A stretch of DNA of 64,000 nucleotides from Strigamia acuminata (Eukaryota), in NCBI GenBank assembly GCA_949358305.1, contig OX442314.1, positions 10,540,001 through 10,604,000 on the forward strand. Direction: 5' to 3'. The stretch's first letter is position 1. Each line of letters opens with the position of its first letter. The notes beneath the pieces were generated by a model, which saw nothing but the letters and a program-made list of their open reading frames with translations, searched no databases and had not been told where the DNA came from. The translations under genes and the position numbers were made by a program. Shown here piece by piece: positions 40,501-51,062 of this stretch.

Positions 40501-43500
40501 TTTCATTGCTTAAAAATGAAACAATCCAGTCTGGTGATTGTGATGCCAATAGACCAATGGAGAATCATGATGTAATGCACTTTGGCTCCGCTCACAATAA
40601 TATTACAATGTTATTTTTCGATTGCTTTGCGCATGGTTTATCTCATAGAGGGTAGGGGCGACAATGGTTATGTTCACACGATCGTATCACCTGACCTCAT
40701 TTTCCATCTATCTCTATCTCTATCTACTTTTAAATAATATACCATATACGAAGTTGACTGAAGCGGTCCCTCTAGGAATGTTTACCTAATCAGTGAGATA
40801 GCAAGTAATCTCTCGAGATACAGCGTTACTGGCCAGGGAATTGCATTGCATCCAATGCAAGTATTAGAATTCCAATTCAGAAAACCCGAATATAGCCATT
40901 CTTCCAATGAAGCAATCCAGGATGCTAGATTGCAAACCCAATTTAATCAAGTCATAAAATCAGCTTGGGTTTCTGAGATGGACATTCCTCCATGCGTTTG
41001 AAATGTGATATAGCAAAAACACAACATTTTTCTCTTTAAATGTAAATGTCTTGACAACTACCTGCCTAAAGACCACTTTAACTTGGCTTTAGTTCCTGTG
41101 TACTATTTTCCCTGTATTGGACGACCACCCAGCTAAACAAGAAACTTTTTGGCACCACAGACAGGTTTCACTGTATAATTACATCAACTTTTGTCTTTTT
41201 GGAACAACCCACACAAACATTGTTATGTTGACAAAAGATGTCAAGATGCCAACAAAGCAGAAACGAGATGATGCCATTGTTAAACAATGAGGGGTTTTGT
41301 TAAATTTTTTACACTGAATCTTCTAGAGTTGTTTCTTGGTTTAGCCAGCTAATACAAATTCAAAAATACTTCGCTATACTCTGTCTCGATACAACGTTGT
41401 CCTATTTCCCAATTGGTTGAGCCGGATTACTAACTGTGGACTGTGCTTTACTACGCGGAAAAGTAGTTCTGGTTATTTTCAATGAATTTTAGTGTAAAAA
41501 GTAGTTAGAAGGATGGATTTTATTTAAGTGGTAATAAAATATTTATTAATTGGCGCGCGATTAAAGGTCGTGCGATGAAGTGTCCACGCGATGAAAGGGT
41601 TTGCGATGAAGTGTCCGCGATTAACCGTCGCGCGATGGAGCGGCGCAGTATGAAAAGTCGGGATACCATTTGCTAAAATAAGCTATTTTCAAACAATGTT
41701 AGCATAGGTTGTTGGTTTCTATTGGCGCACATAACTCATACTGTTTTCTGAGTGTATTAATGAAACTTCTTAATGCACTCTTGCGGTGGTTAGGTGCATT
41801 TTTTAGCCCATGCAACAGCGCTGCCACATTCACTCGTGTGCAATAAAGAAATTTGCAGATTGAAGTTGGCATCAAGATTCTGGACGCAGAACGGTATGTC
41901 TCCAGTAATTCTTTCAAGGTGCTGCTGATGACAACACAATTAAGCATGCTCAGTCAAAATATGCAAGCTGCAACTGCCTGGTGTTTTGAGATGGCATTTT
42001 GTCAAATACAATTGGAACAATGCCAAGAGCAAAAACATTTCTGCACAAAGCACACAGTCGCCTTGCATAACCCCCAAAATTTCAAACGCAACGTCTAAAA
42101 CCTTACCAAAAACATTATCCAACGCCTAAACACATCATCTTTTTTCAAAACAACAAAAAAATTAAAATCTTCACGACCACCTGGGATAATTAAACCAAAA
42201 AGCAGTGGTTACTCCGCTAATGGCTGAACAAGATTGATGAGAAGCAGAAAGTGCCTGAATATTTAATGATCGTGCGCACACTTAACTGCATCCCAGATTT
42301 GCCATGAAAATCGGGTCTTATGGGAACCGAACAAAACACAAACAAACAACAAAAAAGGGTTGTTTGAGGTGAGAATGTGGGCATGAACATGACAAAATAG
42401 CCTGGGACTAATTCCACAGATGAAGTGCAAAGAGCCATTTCATTTATTTAAATAAATTATTTGTAGACGTCACATTTTATTAAATAAAACGTTTAAAACT
42501 GTTTAAACTTGTATTGAAAAATGTAATTTGACAAAAATAACAGTAGTGAGTTTGTGGTTGCCAATTGTTCCTTATAATTATGAGTTACAAGCTCATAATT
42601 ATAAAAATGGACTTATAACATAACGTAACTCCTCAACTTTTACACTATTTTGTAAAATAAGGGAGCCAATCAGATCGCTTAACACTATTTGAAGCTCCTC
42701 CCACTATTGCAAATGGCGCTGATGGTGCTAATGGCAATTCAAAATGGCTGCCTGACCTGTTTCAACATTCAGTCTCAATCACAATTTCTTTCTGCCATCG
42801 AAGGATAGAAACAACTAAAATAATTCCAGGTAAGCAAATAAATAAACTGGAAGACAATTTCATGTCTGAAAACTGTCAGATTAGTAAAACTACAGATTTT
42901 CATTTTATTTTGCATCGGGATTTGTTCTACCATTACATGGTATTTATAAGTATAATTTATAAAATATATTTATTGCACCACAAGTGCCTATTTCAAGAAG
43001 GAATTATAATTCTCATTATGAGCTTGTAACTCATAATTATAAGGAACAATTGGCAACTGCAAACTCACTAGTATCGGCCGCGCACACTAAAATAAAAGGT
43101 GTAAAATAACTCCATTAAAGGTGTTGTTGCAACTAACTGAATACTCTTTTCAGTGCATCTTTGCTCCATGCTTTGAGATGTTGATGGAAGAATGTAGTTT
43201 GAATAAAGACGTCCTTGGTGTGAAATTAGAAGCAATACAAGAGTTATTTGCCAAAATTTCAAAATTTCAATTTTTTTTTTCTCTTTCATTTTTTCTCGTG
43301 TAAAAATATCCCTTCATTATCAAATTATTTTTCTCCCTTCCCATAAAGTGCCTACTTAAATCCTCGTTTCAGTCCTTTCGAATATCGATTTCATTTCACC
43401 TTGCAATTTCTTAGAGAAAAAGAAAAAAAAGAAAAAAAAAATTGACGATTTGAAGCGCGCGCACACACACACTTCATTTTTCCTTATCGGTCCATTTGAA

Positions 43501-43876
43501 AGATTTCTTTCTTGTTGCAAGAAAAAAAAAATTCATTTCAATTCCGCGATTCGACTTCCGTTTTAATTTAAACCATTTTAGAAGAAAGGAATTATTACTC
43601 ACCTCAAGTCACTCTCGTCTCGGCACAAAAACCAATGAACTTTATCTTTGTTCTTGGAACCGAAGGCGAGAAGTGTGGCCTGAGTGCGGCCAGGGGGCAG
43701 TTCTGGTCTGTTGGGGATCCTCGACGTCCATTGTGCGATGGCGATCAGATGAGGTGCTTCGCGAATCACGATTCCGCCATCCGGTTCGAGTCGATCTCGT
43801 TCGCGGAACCAGGCTACTGTGGAGTCGCTGTATAACACAACGTACTCCTCTCGCCAATCCTTGCCGAAAAGACGCT
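25583..43876 (-). CDS. PH-domain protein, evectin/PLEKHB-like (5' exon(s) not located)
   Basis: Phase-consistent exons 43876-43603, 30649-30622, 27092-26966 and 26124-25583. They encode a PH-like domain (RLFGKDWREEYVVLYSDSTVAWF...KVHWFLCRDESDLSDWMTAISNT), a Pro-rich linker with PPPPPY, TTVVIRD...FATGLLMG (like the evectin C-terminal segment), a Gly/Trp-rich stretch and a Gly/Asp-rich tail. The family assignment is by resemblance only. Confidence 0.72.
26341..26930. mobile_element. MITE, copy 1 of a dispersed family (copy 2 at 47986-48522)
   Basis: About 520 bp of near-identical sequence (TACACATGACCTGATTCCGTG...CAGACTCTGAA) is shared with 47986-48522. Terminal inverted motif TACACATGAC / GACTTGTGTGTA. 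Confidence 0.85.
27543..28421. mobile_element. MITE with GGGGTTTCAT(T/C)AAATGAGCGATTA TIRs (PIF/Harbinger-like or TA-target), interrupted by a hAT MITE
   Basis: The left end GGGGTTTCATTAAATGAGC[insert]GATTA pairs with the right end TAATCGCTCATTTGATGAAACCCC. Flanks are TAA and TTA. Confidence 0.8.
27562..27959. mobile_element. hAT-like MITE nested in the TIR of the surrounding MITE
   Basis: Termini TATGGTTTCGGT / ACCGAAACCCTA. Perfect 8-bp TSD AAATGAGC at 27554-27561 and 27960-27967. Subterminal CCCGG/CGGTAC motifs are present. Confidence 0.88.
29186..29615. mobile_element. MITE with ~65-bp TIRs, TA flanks
   Basis: TATACTCGAGTTGCACTCAAAAAGGCACCTCACAATGTGTACTCCCATTGGT... is mirrored as ...ACCAATGGGAGTACACATTGTAAGGTGCCTTTTTGAGTGCAACTCGAGTATA. 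Confidence 0.88.
30296..30560 (-). promoter_or_regulatory. Putative internal promoter and non-coding first exon in the PH-domain gene
   Basis: On the minus strand: CCAAT (30555-30551), two GC boxes (30510-30515, 30532-30537), a TATA-like CTTAAAAG (30443-30436), then an ATG-free stretch ending in the donor CAG|GTAATT at 30296. Confidence 0.4.
30861..31019. mobile_element. Solo LTR (159 bp), family B copy 1
   Basis: Termini TGTTGG...CCAACA. 5-bp TSD TTACA at 30856-30860 and 31020-31024. Homologous to 54998-55155. Confidence 0.88.
31038..31511. mobile_element. Possible MITE (TACTCATA / TATGAGTA ends)
   Basis: Short terminal inversion. The internal GTGACCGGTCGTA motif is shared with the 26341/47986 family. 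Confidence 0.4.
32765..33110. repeat. ~20-bp AT-rich tandem repeat (TAAAAATCAATTTTTTGTAC-like)
   Basis: Visible periodic units. Confidence 0.8.
34740..34915 (-). pseudogene. Degenerate PHD-finger coding fragment, probably TE-derived
   Basis: ICFVCNTSSVRGSQMVRCDYCLNWFHFKFV...FICPFCDD has C4-H-C3 spacing with one Cys ligand replaced by Phe. No evident splice context. Confidence 0.6.
34954..39711 (-). mobile_element. Full-length Ty1/copia LTR retrotransposon (4758 bp)
   Basis: LTRs at 34954-35158 and 39507-39711 are 205 bp each, TG...CA, with no difference seen by eye. TSD GTTTG at 34949-34953 and 39712-39716. The PBS TGGTAGCAGA (tRNA-iMet) starts 2 nt after the 5' LTR. The PPT AAGGAGGG precedes the 3' LTR. 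Confidence 0.97.
35279..39379 (-). CDS. Copia Gag-Pol polyprotein, 1366 aa, uninterrupted
   Basis: Zinc knuckle CYECGKSGHIAKDC; protease WILDSGAS; integrase HKRLCH/CTAC plus HMDL...RSDNGGEF...AERTNRTL; RT KARLVA, LYGLRQS, YVDD; RNase H FADAS, TDS, ADFLTK. The PR-IN-RT-RH order is diagnostic of copia. Confidence 0.97.
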   Translation of the reverse strand: MADAISGGSLNRIDLLTPENYFIWQFKVGTLLAAKSLKNMITDPAVVEPVVGSAGYADNLVKYNTWVKNNNEALGIIILTVSNEEATNCMGKTSAKEVWDALKALYAGTTEERQIDAAAELCELRMRHDEAVDSYLNRAKSIQSRAKAVGRDIKDRELMMYVTRSLVTRFSHIARNFRSNAAATIEELRRELKMEDQWSAFNLKGAATESGTVAFKAQVGKNSGGRKTKGGTKFVCYECGKSGHIAKDCWQRHPEKRPTKMTQRPKEAAKMAQAEVEFATIQHALVVELESSDHLDDWILDSGASVHMSSKRELFKTFVEMETTITTAKKGVKLLATGKGSIILDCQLDGAATMKILLQDVLFVPELKGNLLSIPRLTAKNYTVQFRGNWADINSPIGETIGKGAKCGTMYLLQLKKEEQANAVATTTKQTKEIWHKRLCHANERTIDKMTNKELVYGLEYNNAPLEKCTACILGKMTKSPYKRINEKQSDDVLQLIHMDLIGPFKTPSMGGSRYAFVITEDFTRKKFAYFMSEKSQTFDFFKSFKAMAEKQTGNKLKRIRSDNGGEFVNENFKRLCNDEGILHELTVPFNAASNGIAERTNRTLVEATRTLLLESGLPQIFWAEAFSTSIHVKNRTLTKPNGDLVPEEMWLKRKQSIKHLRVFGCEAFLHIPAEKRQKLDQKAKRGIFVGYSTDRKAFRIYVPAEKKIQEGRTVEFNEEIRGADIFNLTKPDENRRFCQEFEDEAIGETNANDDNNVQQPAVIVEDEQQELQRDQPAQVGRPRGTTQAVLEQRHAEQMEQRERQLQQEGVRRSQRIAAQHEAVNAAVEAANAAFEGVDDLFTPETYEQAINCDEKEKWKTAMDSEIDSLHVNNVWTLVKKEKQMTTIKSKWIYRIKLNVDRSVNKYKARLVAVGYSQRAGIDYTETFSPVVRVESLRIILSMVAKHKLMTRQFDIKTAYLYGLIDETIFMEQPEGYEQKDLICRLERSLYGLRQSGRCWNERLDTELQKIGLTPLINDRCVYIYKRKNDFIILGVYVDDILAAFTSQKILDRILKKIKRVFEIVDLGEVHFLLGMEISIMDNGILIGQQKYINDVLKRYELMDGVTANTPMATGQDLDDFEKSKRVDQQLYQQMIGSLMHVMIISRPDISFAISALSAYSRDPRQLHFRAVKRVMRYLKKTIEMRLFFSNEEGKLQGFADASWNVTQDAKSHTGMIVKIGSTTITWKTKKQRLVAMSSTESEILAICELLKSIKWARDFLSEVGEGSCVQRKVPIFTDSQPAMQILCGSNQFGRTKHMNRHLMFIRDEIKLGNIELIHLPTGDMIADFLTKAVAKDKFMEGRDGVSLRGEVKINEDEEKNEDEDK
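42544..43070. mobile_element. MITE with ~55-bp TIRs
   Basis: TAGTGAGTTTGTGGTTGCCAATTGTTCCTTATAATTATGAGTTACAAGCTCATAAT is mirrored at ~43015-43070. Confidence 0.88.
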
Positions 43877-45041
43877 CTGTGTAATAATAAAACGAGTAAA
43901 AATAAAAAACTACGTTTTTGTTGAATAACCTTAGTTATTGTATGAATAATTAAATTATCACAGCATTAAACGTTAAAACACATTAACTGCCATGCTTTAC
44001 TTCACTTGGTCGCCATTACAATCACTCTCGATATATCATCAACCAATTGCAACAGTACAGACTACTAGCGCTGACTAGTGAGAATAATCAAACTAATCAC
44101 AACTAAACAAACACTACAATTTTAAACTTCTATTTCATATCCATATCCCTTTAGTGTTTTATTAAAAGAATTCAAATGACAAAACGCTAGTCTTTCCAAA
44201 AACCTTTCGGCTGTTCCCAACCATCTTCAGTGGTTTGTAATGTTCTGTAAACTTCAAACCAGTTTATCTTTATTAAACCACTGGAAACGTTTCGTCTTCT
44301 TTCTAAAATCGCCGCTACTATCGGCATACGTCACTGACTGCAGCGATTGCGCCGAAATTAGCAAAAAAAATTAACTTTTTCGCATTAAAATGTAAAAAAA
44401 AAATATATAGGCAGATAGGGAATTTTATTTTGAACAAGATTAATCTGGTTTTTGAATTTATTAACCACTTTATAACGAAAAACAAAGCGGATTTAGAGTT
44501 GACCCCGGCAATCTGTAATCCATTTTATTTACGTAGTTTAAGTGGTGGCGCTGCTGTGCACAGGAAGTGTAATGAGAAACTATCATAAAAAGTCTTTAAA
44601 AAGAAATAAAATAAAAATATAAAAAACTAATGACAAAAACTTTTGCAGGATTTGAAAAAGGGTTAGTTGGTTGGCTATTACCATGATGTGACATTGACAA
44701 ATGAAAGACTACGTGTGCAGCATTCCCACGGAACCTTTCCCCCGAGCAACTTTTCAACATTATCGAAGAGATATAAAGTAGGAACGATATTTTTCAGCAG
44801 GCCATTCAAAGTTTTTATTTTTAGAGTCTCTATAAACAGAATGGGCACCAAAAACAGCCGTAAACCAACATCGAAAACAGAAACAACAACTATGGTTCAC
44901 GCCCGCCCACATGGTTCAAAAAGACATTGAAATTATACGACTACTTTTCATAAGTTTAGAAAAAAAATTAAAAATAGCGGAGATCAAACTTTATGGCTGC
45001 AAAACCCAGAATTGAAAGCAGTTAGCAACTCGATTTTTCTA

Positions 45042-45319
45042 CACTAGCTGCATTCAAAAAGTCTAAAACGACTCTTTTTCTGCCGTTTCGTGTCTGTACG
45101 TGTGACGGGTTCAGGCCCACAGGGAGACACAAAAAACACACATGTGCACGGTGTGAAATCAAGCTCTTTACTACATTAACAATACATATTTCATCACCAA
45201 AGAAACCTTAGAATAATGACAGCACTTAATGATATGGATATTCAATGTTAATGACGTCACACATACAGACAAGAAACGACAGAAACGAGTCGTTTTAGAC
45301 TTTTTGTATGTAGCTAGTG
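45042..45319. mobile_element. MITE with ~65-bp TIRs and CACTA...TAGTG termini (CACTA/EnSpm-like)
   Basis: CACTAGCTGCATTCAAAAAGTCTAAAACGACTC...TGTGACG pairs with CGTCACAC...GAGTCGTTTTAGACTTTTTGTATGTAGCTAGTG. The flanks CTA and TTA are an imperfect TSD. Confidence 0.8.
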
Positions 45320-46079
45320 TTATAAAATGGTTCAAAAAGAAATAATCAACCTAAAAAGTAATCTGTGAGAAGCTTTATATTTTTCATAAGTTTAGAAAAC
45401 ATTCTAAAACGTATAAAAAGTTTGCGACCACTATAAATTTATTGGTTTCGAGTCAAATTTTGGTTTGAAAATTTATTTCCAAGTGTGCAATGTGTAAAAC
45501 AGTGATTGTAGACCTAATATTAGGCTTAAAAAATTGTTTGAGGAAAAAATGCAATACAAACAATACAATACAAACTGTTGTTCGCTTTAAGGATAATAAT
45601 GCAGAGGGAAGAAAAAGTGGAGGAAAACATACATAATAGTTAGAAATTAATGTGCGTTCAAAATGTGTGGGCGTGAGCCGAGATGGTGTATGCACGCTTC
45701 TTCAATTAATGGGAGATGGATGGGTTGGCTGTGGAAGGTGGAGCGATGAAAAGGATTAGCCAATCACCCGAAAACGTGCAAGCCCAATCTCAATTTTACA
45801 CTTGGAGTATAATCAACGCCACTCAAAACTCACCATGGACAAAAAAAAAACAGTTTGAATTCACAAATTACACCTTTTAAAAATTGCTTAAAGTTTTATT
45901 GGGAAAGTACAATCGGTCCCAAGCGCAAGAACCATCAACATTATAGAGAAATTAAACCAATATGGACTTTGCAGAACTCAATTTGCTTTGCACACATTCA
46001 TAACTCGATATTAAATTACAAACTTCCTAGTTTTAAACATTGAAAAATAGGTGAGATCAAAGTTTGTGTTTATATATGG

Positions 46080-46340
46080 TTTTAGGCCTAAAAATGAAGT
46101 TTTAGGTCAAAAAATGACGTTTTAGATAAAAAAAAGAAGTTTTAGGACAAAAAAATAAAGTTTTGAGCCAAAAATAAATGTTTTGAGCCAAAAAATAAAT
46201 GTTTTGGGTCTAAATAAGAATTTTTGGGTCTAAATAAGAATTTTTGGTTCTAAATAAGAATTTTTGGTTCTAAATAAGAATTTTTGGTTCTAAATAAGAA
46301 TTTTGTGTCTTTAAAAAAAACTAAAATTTTGATCCAAAAA
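46080..46340. repeat. ~20-bp tandem repeat (TAAATAAGAATTTTTGGTTC)
   Basis: Several exact copies flanked by degenerate ones. Confidence 0.85.
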
Positions 46341-47985
46341 CGTATTTTAGTCCTAAAAATGGAATATTTTCATTACTCAAGGTGGGTGGTCATTTAAAAA
46401 GAATATCATCTTTAGAACTGGCCACTCCCACACTTGCCCATCAGAAACACCCAGACCAAAGCCCCTGACGCAGAGGCGATGCTTCCAGTTTATCTCTCAA
46501 TTTAAATATTTGTTTTCCGTCTTTGAGGAAACAAATCAAACTGAGTGGAAAGTAGATCCAGTTCACCTATTTCTTCCTCCCCTATCCCCTCGGACTAAAC
46601 CCCTGCGATTATTTTCCAAAGTGAATATCACATTTGCCCATCTCCGACATTTTACCCCTTCGCACTCTTCCCTGCATCACACCCCGCCAAAACCAAGCGT
46701 AAATCACATTTTTATTTTCCCCACAAATCAATAAATAAATCCATTACCAAAATTAAAAAAAAAAAAAAATTAAACAGTAATCGGATCCCTAATCGGAACC
46801 ATGGAGGGCTCACTCAAAGCATTAAAGCCCCATCGCAATTCGCAAACCGATGGGATGTAAAAGAAAGAGAAGCGCGAAAAAAAGGTGCAATATAGGAAGC
46901 GGCAAAACGGGGGCTAACACGGCAAAAGAGGAGGAATTTTTCCGCTCCACTGTTTCTTGTTTTTCTTGGCTCCCTTCGAGGCCTAATAAATCTCCTGGCA
47001 CCTTCCCAGAATGCCTTCCCGACCCAGCCGAGCAGAACACACTAAACACAACTGCCAAAACGAAAGATAATTACGTACGACTTGCACATATTAGCCGCCA
47101 TCTTTGCGTTTGGCGCTGTCTTTGCTAGAGTTAGCGCATAAAAAATGCACGTTTCTACATATATTCTTATCAGACTCTGCAATTTACACGCGGCGAAACC
47201 TCCACGTGCCATCAGTAAACGCCAAAGCGGCGCCCGAACGTCGAATTGATGGTCTGCGAAAGAAACAGCGCGCACAAATCAAACCCACTCATGCGCACAA
47301 AGGACAAACACGCGCTCAAATAGAAAAAACTGACAACACTATTTGCTCCCGTCACGCGCGCACACAATACCAATTCATACCGCGACCAAACATGTGGGAC
47401 TTATTTGAAAAATTGCATCGACCCACAATTTCTCCACTACCTTCATTTTCCCCCATACATACATATATATACGCATACATACTCATACATATCCATTCTT
47501 CCAAACGACAAGGCGCGACGACTACGGCGCATGCGTCTAACCACACCCAGGCGTGACTCGCATTCAGAAACATCCCTAAAGCTTCCCCGGCCTACTTTTT
47601 TATATTTATATCGAGTGACTCCCGAACAACATTGAAATGCAGTATATTCTTAATGCAGCAAACCATGGGTTTATCCTGTCCGCTTCTCTTTCATTTTCTT
47701 TCCGTGTTGTCCTCAGGTGGCGCTGGGGAAAAATCGTCATTCAGTGCAAGAAATTTTATTTATATTTCCTTTTAAAACACTTCGTTCCGGTGTGGCTGAT
47801 TACATTTTAGATGACAATTACAGATTAATGTGATGAAATAAAGAGTTAACGCGACTGTAGTGAGTTTTGAAAGAAGAGTATCGGCACAAAGCACGTTTGA
47901 CAAAATGGCGACCGCTATACCCAAGCCAAGTCGTTCCAATTCCGTTCCAATTCCTTTCACATTTCACATTGTTTTATGCGTTTAA

Positions 47986-48522
47986 GCTAACTACACATGA
48001 CCTGATTCCGTGTATGAAATGGTCACTTTCCGGGAGCGGCCAGAAGTTTTGGTCGACGTGGTACACATAGTTCCGCTTACCACACACGGAGATTTTTTGG
48101 CAACCGGAATTCTATTCTTTTCGGCAGTGATGGTGCACGGAAAAATTCAATCGTTTCCGTGCACGAACAAATTCTGAGTACCCAGAAAGCATTGTGGTAA
48201 TGCGATCGATCATGACCGGTCGTACATAAGACGGAGGTGGATACTGAATACAAAGACAGATAATACTAAAAATGTTTTGATTAATTTATTTTATAGTTTA
48301 TTATTAATTATTAATTTAAAAATTCTGTAATCCATTTATTTTGCACAAAGTACAATATTTTGTAAAAGTAGTCGCCATTTGTAATTACAACACGTGCACG
48401 GATTGTGTTTACCAAACAATTTTCGCACACGGAAAGACAGCCAAACACACATGCGGAATCATTTCGTTTGCGGCGTGAACAACCTGAAATTTCAGACTCT
48501 GAAAGTCTTGTGTGTACTTAGC
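47986..48522. mobile_element. MITE, copy 2 of the family at 26341-26930
   Basis: Inverted ends GCTAACTACACATGAC...GTCTTGTGTGTACTTAGC. Colinear with copy 1 but lacks ~50 bp near the right end. Confidence 0.85.
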
Positions 48523-49039
48523 ATTTGTTGACAAATTTGGCTATTTATGCAAAATAATATACTTTTATGCATTTATGTATAAACAATGAAAGTTGTGTAA
48601 CATCGGTTGGGCATATTTCATTCATGTGAAGATGACGTTTCTATTTGTTTTTGATCCTACTTTGTTGCACACACAATCCTTGTGGTTGTTCAAAGTTAAA
48701 CTTATTTTCCTTTTGGATTTTATGTAACTGTTGCAGTCGTAATATAAAGCATCTGCCAGCTAGGCCATTAAAGCAAAAGACGATTGACTAGAGCTATAAA
48801 AATTGTTAGAGCCTCAGCTGGCCACTAGGTGTATGCGTTGATCCACGCTTGCAGGAAAGCCGTGCTCCGAAAAGCCGAGTAAAAAATAACATAACAGCTT
48901 TTTGTTTTTTTGGTGCTTGAAGGACAAATGAAACTTCACCAGCAGGAAGAGACAAGTTTGCACCATTTCGGGGCACGTTAATCGACTTCCTCTTTTTAAA
49001 GGTCTTGTTTTCGTTACTGCACCAGGTAGTGCGTACGTA

Positions 49040-49079
49040 CTGAAAACACCGGTTCTCGTCCGATCTCCGAAGTTAAGCA
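49040..49079 (+). pseudogene. 5S rRNA fragment (~nt 19-58 of 5S)
   Basis: CTGAAAACACCGGTTCTCGTCCGATCTCCGAAGTTAAGCA closely matches recalled invertebrate 5S rRNA up to box A. The 5' end and box C are absent. Confidence 0.85.
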
Positions 49080-50454
49080 CATAAAATGGAGTCTGATTAG
49101 TCCCGAGTTCAAGCGTAAACTCGGATCCATTAGTGTTTACGAGATTAGCGATGGAGACAACTTTTATGATTAAATTATTTCAAACTGTATAGAATAGAAT
49201 AATAAAAACCTCCAACTTCTAAAAGATAAACAATTCCATCAAAGAAAATGTCCCATTATTCGTTTGAGCCATCACCACTTAGTTTCATCTATTACGCTAG
49301 CCAGTTTCAAATGGCTGCAGATTGAGATGGGCATTACTCTCAAGACACAAGGACCATGGGTTCACTCAAACCCAGGCAAGTGAAAAAAAAGAAGAAAAAC
49401 TTTGTCTTTAAAGTTTAAAGAAAAAGTAATGTGGTTTAAGTTAGTTGAAACCACGAATGAAAAGAAAAGGTTTTGTGGAATAAATTTCAGGAATTGATCC
49501 AAAATCTCATTAACTTTGTTTACTTATTCATGCACAAAACCAAAGATAAGGCAATAGCAATTTGTGCATTATTAGGTCCAAAGTCACCTGGAGAAGCCAT
49601 GCTTCTAATTTGTTGTTGCATCATTTGGAATTCAGTTATGAAGTGCCTCCTGTAGCTTTGGTGCTTAAACTCCACATTAGCACTTGTTTCAAAAAAACTG
49701 GACACACTAATGAAGGTGCTATAGTGCATGGAGTGTGTTTTGGAGGAAAACAACATTTTTAATTAAAAGAAATTCAAAAATTATGGCAACTTAACATTTT
49801 GATCACGTGTTTAGAATAAGCAATTAGGTTTCAAGGAACAGCTGCCACCAATCACCTTTGAGGGTGGTGTTATTTGCTCATCTACTTGCCAGGTCATGTG
49901 ATGCAGAGTTTACCAGACATTAGTGAGACACACAATTAACAAAACATATCTTATTCAGTGGCAATAGTAACACTACAATAGATGCATTTAATCCTCAAAA
50001 GATAAATGGACTTATTCGTCTGAAATGACTTCTCTAAACGGCTTTGACAGCATTTCTCCGACAAGTCAATTTGAAAGAATTCGAATAAGTGGACTAACAA
50101 GGGGAGCACATGAATAAGACACTCACAGATTGTTGTTATATTAAACATGGAAAATTGTTATATCATGCTGAATGAGACCCTAAAATTATTTCATTCCATA
50201 AACAGCCAACAATGCAAACAATGAGCTGAAAGTTGGCACTATTTTGTCTGTGTATACATCCAATCTGAGCAATCAGGCCTAGTTTATGAATACTGTAAAC
50301 AACAAATGCTAGGTAAAAAATAGTTCCAAGATCCAAGTTGAATTTTATCATTTGATATTCAATGATGTCATTTCATCATTTGAGATTCAATGATGTCATG
50401 ACATCAGAACTTTGTTCACCAACATGACTGTCTTCATGAAGACAATAATAGTTT

Positions 50455-50526
50455 GTAGTAGTGGTTCAGTGGTTAAGGCAATGGACTAGGTATCTTTCCA
50501 TACCGGTTCAAATCCTGGTGTGTGTG
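50455..50526 (+). pseudogene. tRNA-Ser-derived pseudogene or SINE head
   Basis: GTAGTAGTGGTTCAGTGGTTAAGGCAATGGACTAG resembles the tRNA-Ser(AGA) 5' half, and the B box GGTTCAAATCC is present. The variable arm is missing and the acceptor stem cannot pair. Confidence 0.65.
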
Positions 50527-50589
50527 AAAATTTTTATTTTTATTTTTTATTCATTTTTAGCAGTAATTTTAATGTTTGTAATTTTATAT

Positions 50590-51062
50590 TTGTTTACGAA
50601 CTAAGATCGCAAACTAGTTCACTTTTACAAGTAAACGCAAAAAACGAACTTAGTTCACTTTCAAGAGTAAACTTGAACGAAGTTCGCGTTCACAATGTTT
50701 GATGATGAAAACTTAACTTTTTGAATCGGTTTTAAATTTAAACGTTTTAATGACGTTTTCATCATCAAAACATTCATTTTGATCACTTTTTACAACGAAA
50801 ACGGCGAAAATAGCCGTTTTCGTCATTAAAATCAATGAAAACGACTGCTTTACTAAAAAAAAAGTGTTTTTTTTTTCATCTTCAAACCACAAAACATAAA
50901 AAAACATTTCAATTTTCAAAAAAAAAATTGGAAAAGTGAACTGAACTATTGGTGCAAGTTCGTGAACTTGAACTCAGTTCACTTTGAAAAAAATTGTAGT
51001 GAACATAAACGTGAACGTGAACTTGAACTAGTTTGTGATTTGGTGAACGAGATACAACACTG
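50590..51062. mobile_element. hAT-like non-autonomous element end (GTTCAC/GTGAAC-rich, ends CAACACTG)
   Basis: Many AGTTCAC/GTGAAC subterminal motifs and a CAACACTG terminus. The left end is not resolved. Confidence 0.5.

Noticed and set aside
47596..47676. Exon-like segment as the missing PH first-strand exon
   Set aside because: The open frame ends in phase 2, incompatible with the phase-1 acceptor at 43876, and lacks a PH beta-1 motif.
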